This document shows positions 17,501 to 25,207 of a stretch of 64,000 bases of DNA, in pieces. The notes beneath the pieces are model-generated. The model was not told the DNA's origin. It was given only the letters and a program-made list of their open reading frames with translations, and made no database searches. How positions within the stretch are numbered: position 1 is the stretch's first letter; each line of letters opens with the position of its first letter. A program made the position numbers and the translations under genes. Origin of the DNA: Candidatus Micrarchaeota archaeon (GTDB taxonomy: Archaea; Micrarchaeota; Micrarchaeia; Micrarchaeales; CABMGC01); NCBI GenBank assembly GCA_028866995.1, contig JAGWHD010000001.1, positions 17,030 to 81,029 of the forward strand. Reading direction: 5' to 3'.

Positions 17501-18357
17501 TTTCCTGTGGTATTGCTTGGATTGATCACTGCAGTTCCAGAGGTCATGATCTGGTTTCCGTAGGCATAGACATATTGCCAGCCGTTCCATTGCTTATTCG
17601 TTATGTTGGTGAAGTACATGTCCAGGTAATGGCTTATTGTCGAAGGCGTGTTGCCGTAGGAACCATTGAGGATCAGTGCCCGGGTTCCAGTGTCGTTGAA
17701 TGTTCCTATGAAACCAGTTGTGGAGTTATGTGGCGAGAAGTTTCCGTTAAACGTTATCTCCTGTGATCCGTGCATGTCTACCGTGCCATTGGAAGGCTCC
17801 AGGATTGTGCCGTCGTTCGGGCTCTTTGCGCCTGCAAATGTGTAGGACTTCCCAACGTCAGTAAGATTTACCAGGTACGAGTTAGGGCCTGTCTGCCAGG
17901 CGGTAATTGTCCTTGTGAAGTTGTCAAGGGCCCAGGTGTATGAGCCGCCGTCGGGATCGTTTATTACGTTTGATATTACGGAAAGGATTTGTTTGTTATT
18001 TACTGTTTGGGTTATCGGAGCGCTGGTACTTGTCGTGTAGTTCGTATCCCCAGCGTATTTTGCGGTTATAGAATCTGATCCTGCAAGCAGCGCCGATGTT
18101 ATAAGTGTAGCTGATGCCGCCAGAGTTGTGCCTGTGCCGATCGCCTGTCCATTGCTATAGAATGTTATGGTTTCGCCATTGGGAACGCTGCTATTCACTG
18201 TTGCAGTAAATGCCAGCGTATCCCCGTATACCGAAGGATTTGCACCAGAGGTCAAGGATACTGAGGTTGTCGTTGCAGATTGTGCGTTCGCAGATGCTAT
18301 AAGGATGAAGAAAACCGTTAACAATGCTATGCCATGCAAGGCGGACTTCATGCGCAC
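14554..18357 (-). CDS. giant surface (S-layer/adhesin-like) glycoprotein with signal peptide, Ig-like N-domain, (AB)2 repeat block, Thr/Ser-rich stalk and C-terminal TM anchor
   Basis: 1267 aa. Signal peptide MRMKSALHGIALLTVFFILIASANAQS; dozens of N-x-S/T sequons; internal repeats; TTATTSSSTTVTTT linker; C-terminal AAGVAIAIGIAIGLIYPRMIQQRRKR. Confidence 0.8.
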   Translation of the reverse strand: MRMKSALHGIALLTVFFILIASANAQSATTTSVSLTSGANPSVYGDTLAFTATVNSSVPNGETITFYSNGQAIGTGTTLAASATLITSALLAGSDSITAKYAGDTNYTTSTSAPITQTVNNKQILSVISNVINDPDGGSYTWALDNFTRTITAWQTGPNSYLVNLTDVGKSYTFAGAKSPNDGTILEPSNGTVDMHGSQEITFNGNFSPHNSTTGFIGTFNDTGTRALILNGSYGNTPSTISHYLDMYFTNITNKQWNGWQYVYAYGNQIMTSGTAVINPSNTTGNIVVNPALIVNVTTQIVNNPDSGDHGYWALDNFTRQIKIYQTGLHSFMMNFTDSGLSYTFAGVQSPGILNVVEPYNGVVQMTGSASTIFNGTFSPGSNSVTGTLPTLNNNGKFTGTSIDTSNTVSTYQYYIGTYFINFDSANYSGSANNGGGWTYTNSTYPSNGNKWVDSNTNNWGTDASAGDIVAVNTQKPIVNVTTQIVNDPDGGSYTWALDNLTRTITVWQTGLHSFLINFTDTGKSHTFAGALSPNSNTIREPSNGTVDMRGSQEITLNGTFSPQANTIGSIGTFDDGGTYALILNGSYGSTPSTITHYLAMYFTNITNKQWNGWQYTYTYGNQTMVSGSAIINSNNTTGNIVVNPALILYVTAKIANDPDSGNNGYWALDNFTRTIKVYQTGLHSFKASYKDSGYSYTFAGAKSPLNGVAQPADGIMTMKGYENITFNGAFSPGTNTVSTSGAPIGTLDLKGTPANVINSTYYNTHPPLSTTDYYLNSYFPGFTNRSIPTWSWSYVLLGTTNTAMDSYTFGGFGGNDIVTSASSAPTSSGNVNATKSNFDMPSTTTGQASLPTGHNSITLSNNTVLDLANSVQTASSGNVIVGGNTISLSTGFKIGSSTVNLTKPQTVGGQTVKVDKAVMLTSGQNGASIVINNTALSKVSVAIPNGTTVLAPSNWTGTITPPKKANVSGSAPSGFSVGNTVIEVGSPNVVLLFNKPATILLPGVNGTVGYKPAGSDSWVQITSKCGGTYAAPSDPEFPGECYISNGTDTKIVTYHFTTFGSLNVNAAPSGGTSGSGGSGSSGNTPLPGGAGSSVPVVSQVSNSCYDISNFAQLNTASMVINGRPFSVVENFITPTSAGVSVNGASYTLDSGQTVTISSDSTGTATVQLKSIQYVPIQNTVDVGVCFTLPATTATTSSSTTVTTTIPANATAIAAVPPNETVNATATQPATQAPAVPAAAVAAGVAIAIGIAIGLIYPRMIQQRRKR
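15873..17997 (-). repeat. in-frame tandem duplication inside the giant surface protein gene: two 1062-bp (354-codon) units, each made of two related ~175-aa modules
   Basis: The motif NDPDGGSYTWALDN[FL]TRTIT.WQTG occurs at aa 133 and aa 487. Related B modules carry N[ND]PDSG..GYWALDNFTR.IK.YQTGLHSF. A 38-nt run at 16520-16557 is identical to 17582-17619 (offset 1062). The block boundaries are approximate. Confidence 0.7.
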
Positions 18358-18542
18358 TCATGCCCCAGTAAGGGAATCCTTTGACTGTGCTGCCGATGAA
18401 TTACTGCTGTCCCCAATTAAGGCTCTGATTCCACATTTAAATACTTAACTACAAAAATTTGGGGCTTTATACGGCTTTCGGTAGTTTTGGGCTTATGGGG
18501 CTTGGAGCGCATGTTTTGGATGCCTTTTGCCCTGTTGCTTGT

Positions 18543-18550
18543 TTTAAATA
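18543..18550 (+). promoter_or_regulatory. TATA-like box upstream of GT2 gene
   Basis: TTTAAATA within gttttaaatagct, 48 nt upstream of ATG 18599. The ATG is preceded by an AGGTG Shine-Dalgarno-like element. Confidence 0.35.
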
Positions 18551-18598
18551 GCTTTCAGATGCATACTGTTAATATTGTAATTATGTATAAGGTGCAGC

Positions 18599-19492
18599 AT
18601 GAGGCCCGAGATAAGCGTTGTGATACCAACGATAGAGGAGGAGAGCGTATTCAAGCTGGTTAAGGACATCAGGAGGCTGCTCGGGAACGGCGTTGAGATA
18701 ATAATAGTGGACAAGAGCGGCGAGGCGTACTTCAACAGGCTGAAGAGGACAGGCGCGAAGGTCATAAGGCAGAAGGACAGGGGGGTGGAGAACGCGATAA
18801 TGCTGGGTTTGAAGGCTGCGAAGGGGGGTATCCTCGCCAGCATCGATGCCGATGGCACCCACGACCCGAGGGGCCTCAAGGAGGGGGTGGACCTGGTCAA
18901 GGCCGGCAATGCGGACCTGGTCCTTGGCAACAGGATGGGCCATCTCGAGAGAGGATCGATGTCATGGTACATAATAGTCGGGAACAGCATACTCAGCTGG
19001 CTGTTCAGGACGCTGTACAACGCCAACGTCCATGACGTTCTGACAGGGCTTTTCGTGACAAGGAGGAGCTCCTTCGACGAGATAAGGAGCATAGAGCCCT
19101 ACAGGGCTGGAATCGCCTTCTTCGCGATAGAGATGGCGAGGAGAGGCGCTGACATAAGGGAGGTCGACATCAACTACTACGTAAGGAGGCACGGTGAGTC
19201 GAAGCTCACAAGATCGAAGTTCATCTACGGCATAAACGTCGCGTCGCACATAATCAGGCAGATAAGGGACTACAGCCCGTTGGCGATATTCGGAGGCCTC
19301 GGGATCATAGCGATAGTGATAGGGCTTGCCCTCGGCACCAACGTGCTATGGAACTTCTGGACAAGCGGAAGGTTCACCGAGACGGGAAGGGCGCTGATCG
19401 CGTTCTTCATGGTCATGCTGGGCTTCCTGCTGTGGGTCGCAGGCCTGATACTCGACCTTCTCCTTGAGATAGAAAGGAAGATAGGGAGGTAG
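18599..19492 (+). CDS. family 2 glycosyltransferase (dolichyl-phosphate hexose synthase-like) with C-terminal TM helices
   Basis: ISVVIPTIEEE..IIIVDKSGE..DADGTHDP (DxD-type GT-A fold), followed by two C-terminal hydrophobic helices. Confidence 0.7.
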   Translation: MRPEISVVIPTIEEESVFKLVKDIRRLLGNGVEIIIVDKSGEAYFNRLKRTGAKVIRQKDRGVENAIMLGLKAAKGGILASIDADGTHDPRGLKEGVDLVKAGNADLVLGNRMGHLERGSMSWYIIVGNSILSWLFRTLYNANVHDVLTGLFVTRRSSFDEIRSIEPYRAGIAFFAIEMARRGADIREVDINYYVRRHGESKLTRSKFIYGINVASHIIRQIRDYSPLAIFGGLGIIAIVIGLALGTNVLWNFWTSGRFTETGRALIAFFMVMLGFLLWVAGLILDLLLEIERKIGR

Positions 19493-19493
19493 G

Positions 19494-19886
19494 CTATTTC
19501 TCCCTGTAGATGGAGATTATGAACAGCGCGACCACCAGTGCATGGACCACGGTGCACCACGCGCATATGCTCCCGAGCACGTATTCCAGGTAGATTAGGA
19601 ACATGACCGTGGCTATGCCTATCGCATTGAGGAAGATCAGCTGCTCCTTGGTCTTGATCCTGAAGAAGACAAGCAGCTCGAGCGCGAAGAACACGAAGCC
19701 GAGGATGGGCAGCGGCACGCCGAATACGACGGAGTAGCTGCTGTTGAGCACCCTTGTGCAGTTTATGACTGTGCTCTCGTTTGGGCAGTAGAGCTGGACG
19801 GCGGAGTAGTGGTACAGTATAAGGTATGCCGTCACAGCTAGCCCCAGGGCGGAGAGCGCGATTATAGCTTTATCGGAAACCTTCAT
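19494..19886 (-). CDS. VKOR (vitamin K epoxide reductase) family thiol oxidoreductase
   Basis: 130 aa with 4 TM segments, a loop cysteine pair CPNESTVINC, and a membrane CxxC motif CAWC. Confidence 0.7.
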   Translation of the reverse strand: MKVSDKAIIALSALGLAVTAYLILYHYSAVQLYCPNESTVINCTRVLNSSYSVVFGVPLPILGFVFFALELLVFFRIKTKEQLIFLNAIGIATVMFLIYLEYVLGSICAWCTVVHALVVALFIISIYREK

Positions 19887-19889
19887 GGC

Positions 19890-20696
19890 TCAACCTATGC
19901 TCTTCTCTATGGACTTGATGTACTGCTGGCCGCATACGTTAGCATCCGAGTTGTTTATCAGCATGCATATCTGCGCGGTCATGAGGTTGGCAGCCCCGAT
20001 TATGGATTGCGACTGCAGGGTCGATGGGTCGTTGATGGCCGTGGCTATCTGCGACCAGTTGAGGTTCTGGAGCGATGTGGGCTGGTAGCTTGAGCCGAGT
20101 ATCATCGTGGAGTTGCCGAAATCGGTGAAGGGTATGCTGCCCCTGCTCGACTTGGGGATAGCTGGGTTGTTGAGATCGTATGCGCTGAAGGTTGCGTTCT
20201 GCAGCGCGTTGGGCGTCTCCAGCCTTGTCCCTGTCCTGTTCGTGGTCTCGACAGGCATGAAGACCACGTACTGGCTGCTGTAGCTTGAGCCGTAGAATGT
20301 GAATGTGGGCGTATTCGCAAAGACGTCGTTGGGATCGGACAAGGTGTACTTGAGGTTCGTGAAGTTGCCGAACCTCATAAGCGCTATTGTCAGCGGCCAC
20401 CTCTGAGCTGCGCAGTAGGGGCAGTACTCTGCGCCCACGTATACGACAACAGGCTTGCCTTCCACCTGCATCGGTGTGCCGCTGATCTTGACCGGAGGGG
20501 TTGCGACGCCTATCCCTATCGCCTGGCTTACGTTCTGAGGGACCCTGAGAAGCGCTAGAACGGATGAAGGCACGGGCTGCTGGTCGAATGCCTCGAGGCT
20601 CTGCTTCTTCGAGCCGTTGAGCCCGAACGCGAAGAAGAGCAGTATGACCACAATTATTATTACCGCTAGTATGCCGTAGAACAGTTTGTTGTTCAT
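19890..20696 (-). CDS. membrane-anchored thioredoxin-like protein (DUF929-type, CPYC active site)
   Basis: N-terminal TM anchor, then [28 protein letters not shown] 20696 is chosen over the upstream TTG at 20723. Separated by 3 nt from the VKOR gene. Confidence 0.6.
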   Translation of the reverse strand: MNNKLFYGILAVIIIVVILLFFAFGLNGSKKQSLEAFDQQPVPSSVLALLRVPQNVSQAIGIGVATPPVKISGTPMQVEGKPVVVYVGAEYCPYCAAQRWPLTIALMRFGNFTNLKYTLSDPNDVFANTPTFTFYGSSYSSQYVVFMPVETTNRTGTRLETPNALQNATFSAYDLNNPAIPKSSRGSIPFTDFGNSTMILGSSYQPTSLQNLNWSQIATAINDPSTLQSQSIIGAANLMTAQICMLINNSDANVCGQQYIKSIEKSIG

Positions 20697-20802
20697 ATAA
20701 CCAACCGAATATGGCAACGGCAAACTATAAATCCCTTGTTGCGTGCGCTGCGATTTCCACTTTTTTGGTCACCTTCGTTCTTTGTCTTATGCCTTTGCCC
20801 TG

Positions 20803-20810
20803 TTTAAATA
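20803..20810 (+). promoter_or_regulatory. TATA-like box upstream of HMGCS-like gene
   Basis: TTTAAATA within tgtttaaatagct, 32 nt upstream of ATG 20842. The flank is the same as in the box at 18543. Confidence 0.35.
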
Positions 20811-20841
20811 GCTGCGTTTTCCCTAATTGCTCGTTGATTTG

Positions 20842-22650
20842 ATGGCAAGTTCAGGAGAAGCGGAAGGATATGCGGCTATGCTGGAGTACCACGGAGTAAC
20901 GTTCGATCGAGAGGTGCTGGAAGGCGACCAGGTATTCGCTGCGAGCAACGGCAGCGGCGGGAGCTCCCACTCCGCCATTAACTTCCCGAGGATAGGAATA
21001 ACCACGATGGTGCTGAAGGCAGGCAGCGTGAACTTCACGGCCGCTGAGCTCGCCGAGGGCGTAAATATTAGCACAGGCGAGCAGCTCCAGAGCGAGGGGA
21101 AGCTGAGGAAGGGGCTCATGATAGAGGGCAGCAGGTATCCAAGCTTCTCGGAGACCAATGCGACGCTCACGGCTGACGTGCTATACAGGTTCATCAAGAA
21201 GACGCTTGACGACCCCCACGAGAGGGCGAAGCTGACGGCAGAGCCGATAACGCACATCTATTTCGCGACTGAGAGCAACGCTGACAGGAGCAGGCCAGAG
21301 CTCACGCCTGCGCTCCTCATGGTGTATTCGAAGCTCCTAGCGGAGGACGAGGGCAGGAACAGGTCAATAGTCGAGATGCTGAAGAGGGCGACACCTGTGC
21401 AGATAACCTTCGCATGCGCTGGGGAGGGCATAGCGCTTGAGCAGGCAGTATCGACGATATTCGCAAACCATGCCATAGGAGCGCCTAACAGCGCACTGGT
21501 CCTGAGCGTCGACACTGCGATATACGACCATTCCAAGGCGCCCAATGCTGAGGTGACGCAGGGATCCGCAGCTACCCTTGCCTGGGTGACGAAGGACCCC
21601 AAGCTTGTAGAGGTGATGTACAGGAAGGGTTCAGGCGCATTCCATATACCTGCATCGGATTTCACGAAGTTCGGCAGCGAGACCCCGACAGTCCATGGCA
21701 AGTTCTCAGAAAGACTGTATGTCTATGTCGTCGCGAAGGCATACGAGGATGCTGAGAGGGCCTATGAGAAGCTTACGGGAAGGGAAGCGGACCCGAAGTA
21801 TGTGGTCACGCACGTCCCTTTCCCAAAGCAGGCGATATATCTTGCTACGCCACTGTTCATCCATTACCTTAGGCATGCTGACCCTGCCCTGCTGAAGGAG
21901 ATAGAGGGCAGGCCCGGCGTCGGCCCCGAGCCCCGATCAGGCTATTCGAGGTTCACAGACATGTTCGATGCCACTGTGGCAGCATTCAACAGGAAGGGCT
22001 CCAAGAGGATGGAGGAGGCTGGCTTCAAGGATTACATAGAGAAAAACCCCGGATTGACAGCTTACTGGAACTGGTACAAGGCAGTAAGGGAGAATGCGTC
22101 TGAGGAGTTCGATGCGTTCTGCAAGGGGCTGAACATAGACGGAGGGCTCGTTCTCCCAGGAGAGTACGGGAACGGGTATGCAAGCGCCAAGGTCGTCATG
22201 AGGGCGAGCGGTCTCCAGGGATTCGCGAAGAAGCTGAGCGAGGGCATGCTCGGCCAGATGCTTAGAGCGGATGGGAGCGCAGTAATCGAAGGCAGCGAGT
22301 CCTCGTACGGAAGCGGGGCCTTCAGCAAGATGCTCTGGACAGAGGCGCACGTCAATCCTGCAGTCATAAGGGACAATGTGATAGTGCTCGGTGATCCTGT
22401 CAATCTTCCTGCATCGATTTACGTTCCTGTTCATGAGAACCTGCTGCTAGGCGAGGCCGAGAGAACGGTCGGCAAGGGGGACCTTATAGAAAAGGACAGG
22501 CAACTCCTTGGATCCGCGCTGAAGGCCGCAGGCAGGGACGGAAGGCTTCCTGAAGGCTTCAAGGTAATAAGGAGGAACGGGGATGGAACGGGCGAGTACG
22601 CGCACGTTGGAAAGAGAGGCGGAGTCACGAAGCTGAAGGTAAGGTACTGA
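20842..22650 (+). CDS. HMG-CoA synthase-like thiolase-fold condensing enzyme, unusually long (602 aa)
   Basis: Ordered motifs FATESNADRSRPE (Glu), TFACAGEGIAL (Cys), SVDTAIYD, TQGSAATLAWV, THVPFPKQ (His) and GNGYASA resemble the HMGCS catalytic set. The first ATG is 20842; the track start at 20827 is TTG. Confidence 0.5.
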   Translation: MASSGEAEGYAAMLEYHGVTFDREVLEGDQVFAASNGSGGSSHSAINFPRIGITTMVLKAGSVNFTAAELAEGVNISTGEQLQSEGKLRKGLMIEGSRYPSFSETNATLTADVLYRFIKKTLDDPHERAKLTAEPITHIYFATESNADRSRPELTPALLMVYSKLLAEDEGRNRSIVEMLKRATPVQITFACAGEGIALEQAVSTIFANHAIGAPNSALVLSVDTAIYDHSKAPNAEVTQGSAATLAWVTKDPKLVEVMYRKGSGAFHIPASDFTKFGSETPTVHGKFSERLYVYVVAKAYEDAERAYEKLTGREADPKYVVTHVPFPKQAIYLATPLFIHYLRHADPALLKEIEGRPGVGPEPRSGYSRFTDMFDATVAAFNRKGSKRMEEAGFKDYIEKNPGLTAYWNWYKAVRENASEEFDAFCKGLNIDGGLVLPGEYGNGYASAKVVMRASGLQGFAKKLSEGMLGQMLRADGSAVIEGSESSYGSGAFSKMLWTEAHVNPAVIRDNVIVLGDPVNLPASIYVPVHENLLLGEAERTVGKGDLIEKDRQLLGSALKAAGRDGRLPEGFKVIRRNGDGTGEYAHVGKRGGVTKLKVRY

Positions 22651-22710
22651 GCTTCGTCTCGCATGCTCCTCAGAGCGCCTGGATAGTATATATAGTTAGC
22701 CCAGGATAGT

Positions 22711-23373
22711 TTGTACATGGCCATGAGTCCCGGCAGCGCGGTTGAACTGCTCAGCGACAGCTGGGTATGGGGCAAAGGCGTCAGGCACGTCATTAAGAAG
22801 GACAAGGTCATGGCTAGGACCATCAGGAAGGTAGGAAGGATAGCGTTCGAGCCTGACGATGGAACCTACTACGAATCATTGGTAGAGGCTATACTATTCC
22901 AGCAGCTTGCGGGATCTGCGGCAAGGGCCATACTGAAGAAGTTCAAGGCGCTTTACAGGGGAAGGATACCCACGCCAAGGCAGTACCTATCAACGAGCAT
23001 GGCAAAGCTGAGGGCCGCAGGCATATCGCCGCAGAAGTATTCATACATAAAGGACCTTTGCGAGCGCATACAGGACGGCAGGCTGAGGCTCAACGGGTTC
23101 GAGAGCATGGCAGACCACGAAGTCATAAGCATGCTGGACGAGGTCAAGGGGATAGGGAGGTGGACAGCTGAGATGTTCCTCCTGTTCAACCTGGGAAGGG
23201 CAGATGTCGTGCCCATGGATGATTTAGGGTTCAGGAAGGGATTGCAGAAGGCGTACAAGCTCAGAGGATTGCCAGAAAAGGAGAGAATTGAGAGGATATC
23301 GTCAGCATGGAGGCCTTACGGGTCCATAGCAACACTATACCTTTGGAGAAGCCTCGACAAGACGCCGGAATAG
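22711..23373 (+). CDS. alkA: DNA-3-methyladenine glycosylase II / HhH-GPD family base-excision glycosylase
   Basis: ILFQQLAGSAARAI..ISPQKYSYIKDL..VKGIGRWTAEMFLLFNLGRADVVPMDDLGFRKG (helix-hairpin-helix followed by a catalytic Asp). Confidence 0.75.
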   Translation: MYMAMSPGSAVELLSDSWVWGKGVRHVIKKDKVMARTIRKVGRIAFEPDDGTYYESLVEAILFQQLAGSAARAILKKFKALYRGRIPTPRQYLSTSMAKLRAAGISPQKYSYIKDLCERIQDGRLRLNGFESMADHEVISMLDEVKGIGRWTAEMFLLFNLGRADVVPMDDLGFRKGLQKAYKLRGLPEKERIERISSAWRPYGSIATLYLWRSLDKTPE

Positions 23374-23464
23374 CGCTTGCTCGTGGCCATGAGGCAGGAT
23401 GCCCTCGAATATGTTTATATAGCAGGAGCAAGGAATAGGAACAGGGGCGATTACAGGGGATTTT

Positions 23465-24178
23465 ATGGTTTTCAAGATCAAGAACACGAATATGGATCCG
23501 CACAGACTTTCGCAGCGCATGGCTGGCTTCTACGGGATAACCTCGGATAAGTACAAAGAGCTTGGATGGGACCATGTCAAATGCGCCCAGACGCTCCTGG
23601 AATCAGGTGTCAGGACTGTGCAGCTCCTGTTCAACGACTTTCCCGAGTACGGCAGGGCTCTTGAAGACGCAAGAAGGATAAGGAAGCTGTGCGATGCGCA
23701 TGATGCGCTGTTCTTGATAACCGTTTACCACAAGCCGCTGAAGGCGCTTGCGCTGGTGAAGGACTCTGATGCGGACGGCATGCATTACCACATGGTATCG
23801 GCATCGTTGGGCCTGCCCCTTGAAGAGGGGAGAAGGCAGCTAAAAGGCAAGGTCATGGGCATAACCGTGCGCAACGGCGCAGAGGCGAAGGTTGCAGAGG
23901 CGGCGGGCGCAGACTATGTCGGTAGCGATCCTGTATTCCCCTCCCTGCGCCACAGGCCAGGCAACGCGCCGATAGGGCTTGAGGGGCTTAAAGGCATAGT
24001 GGATGCCGTGAGCGTACCGACCATTGCGGTAGGCGGCATAATGCCGCGCCACCTCCAGGAGATAAAGAGGATAGGGGCGATTGGGTTCGTTACGATGTCG
24101 CCAGTCTACAAGCCTGAACAGGGCAAGACGCCCGAGTCGGTAGTTGCGGAATACATGAAAGCCTGGAACGAGTCCTGA
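23465..24178 (+). CDS. thiE: thiamine-phosphate synthase
   Basis: FYGITS..AGADYVGSDPVFPS..K....PIGLEGLKGIVDAVSVPTIAVGGI. Confidence 0.75.
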   Translation: MVFKIKNTNMDPHRLSQRMAGFYGITSDKYKELGWDHVKCAQTLLESGVRTVQLLFNDFPEYGRALEDARRIRKLCDAHDALFLITVYHKPLKALALVKDSDADGMHYHMVSASLGLPLEEGRRQLKGKVMGITVRNGAEAKVAEAAGADYVGSDPVFPSLRHRPGNAPIGLEGLKGIVDAVSVPTIAVGGIMPRHLQEIKRIGAIGFVTMSPVYKPEQGKTPESVVAEYMKAWNES

Positions 24179-24253
24179 GCCAGGATCATGCAGCGGGCCT
24201 GCTGCTTCTTCGGGAAATGCTCTCGGAAAGCGTTGCCCGGTTGCTGGTGCCGA

Positions 24254-24667
24254 CTAAATATCCTTCAGCTCCGTATGCAGTTTCAGGACTGCCTCGACGC
24301 TCTGCTCCGAGTACTGTTTGATCCTCTCTTCTGCCTGCTTCCATGTGATCCCGGGGCCCATGACGCCTAGCCCTACAGGTTTCTCGTACTGCAGCGACAG
24401 CATCATGATTGCGTGCGACAGCTGGTTCGCTATCAGCTCGTCGTGTTTGGTCTTGCCCTTTATGATCGCCCCCAATGTCGCCACCCCATCGACGTCCTTC
24501 TTCTTGAGCAGCCTCTTTATCACGATCGGCATGTCGAACGCGCCTGGCACAGCCACTTCGGCAACCACCCTGAGCCCGAGCTTCTTCGCGTGGGCTCTCG
24601 CATGTTCGAGCATTTCATCGGTGATCTCGTGGTTGAATTTTGACTGCACTATCGCTATCGATACCAT
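24254..24667 (-). CDS. ribH: 6,7-dimethyl-8-ribityllumazine synthase
   Basis: IAIVQSKFNHEIT..VPGAFDMPI..DGVATLGAIIKGKTKHDE..; adjacent to riboflavin synthase. Confidence 0.85.
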   Translation of the reverse strand: MVSIAIVQSKFNHEITDEMLEHARAHAKKLGLRVVAEVAVPGAFDMPIVIKRLLKKKDVDGVATLGAIIKGKTKHDELIANQLSHAIMMLSLQYEKPVGLGVMGPGITWKQAEERIKQYSEQSVEAVLKLHTELKDI

Positions 24668-25132
24668 TCAATCAGTCCTCAGTGGTCCTTCGTCACTTTT
24701 GCCCTGCCTTCTCCCCGTGCCTGCCCTGCCCTGCAGCATTTTCTGGTCGAAGAGCAGCATAAGCGCGTTCTCTGCGTGCTTCCTTGCCCTGTCTTCGCAT
24801 ATGCTCGCGAGCTCCGCGTCATCCTTGGCCTCGTCCATATGGACGAATACCTCGAGGATATGCTTCCCTTCAGACAGTTGCACCGCCTGGAGGCCCATGC
24901 TCGCTTCGTGCGAGCACTGCTTGTCTATCGGCATCTTCCCGACCATCCCGCACGCTATGACAATGTCGCACTTCTCCTGGAAGAGTTTCTTGCACCCGAC
25001 CGGCAGGTCTTTTATGCCGGGCACGGTGTAGCGCGCGACCTCCACCTTCGGATTGCTCTTTGCCAGAGCGCCGAGCACTACGGGGGCGTAGTCGAATCTT
25101 GAGAAGGTGGTGTCTGCAAGCCCTATTTTCAT
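24668..25132 (-). CDS. ribC: archaeal-type riboflavin synthase
   Basis: MKIGLADTTFSRFDY..VPGIKDLPV..DIVIACGMVGKMPIDKQCSHEAS (archaeal RibC pattern). It abuts ribH with no gap. Confidence 0.8.
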   Translation of the reverse strand: MKIGLADTTFSRFDYAPVVLGALAKSNPKVEVARYTVPGIKDLPVGCKKLFQEKCDIVIACGMVGKMPIDKQCSHEASMGLQAVQLSEGKHILEVFVHMDEAKDDAELASICEDRARKHAENALMLLFDQKMLQGRAGTGRRQGKSDEGPLRTD

Positions 25133-25207
25133 TATGAATCACGCAGTTGGCCATTGGATATGCTCATTACTGATTATTTAACTTTATGCAGGTCTTGACG
25201 ATTCGCG

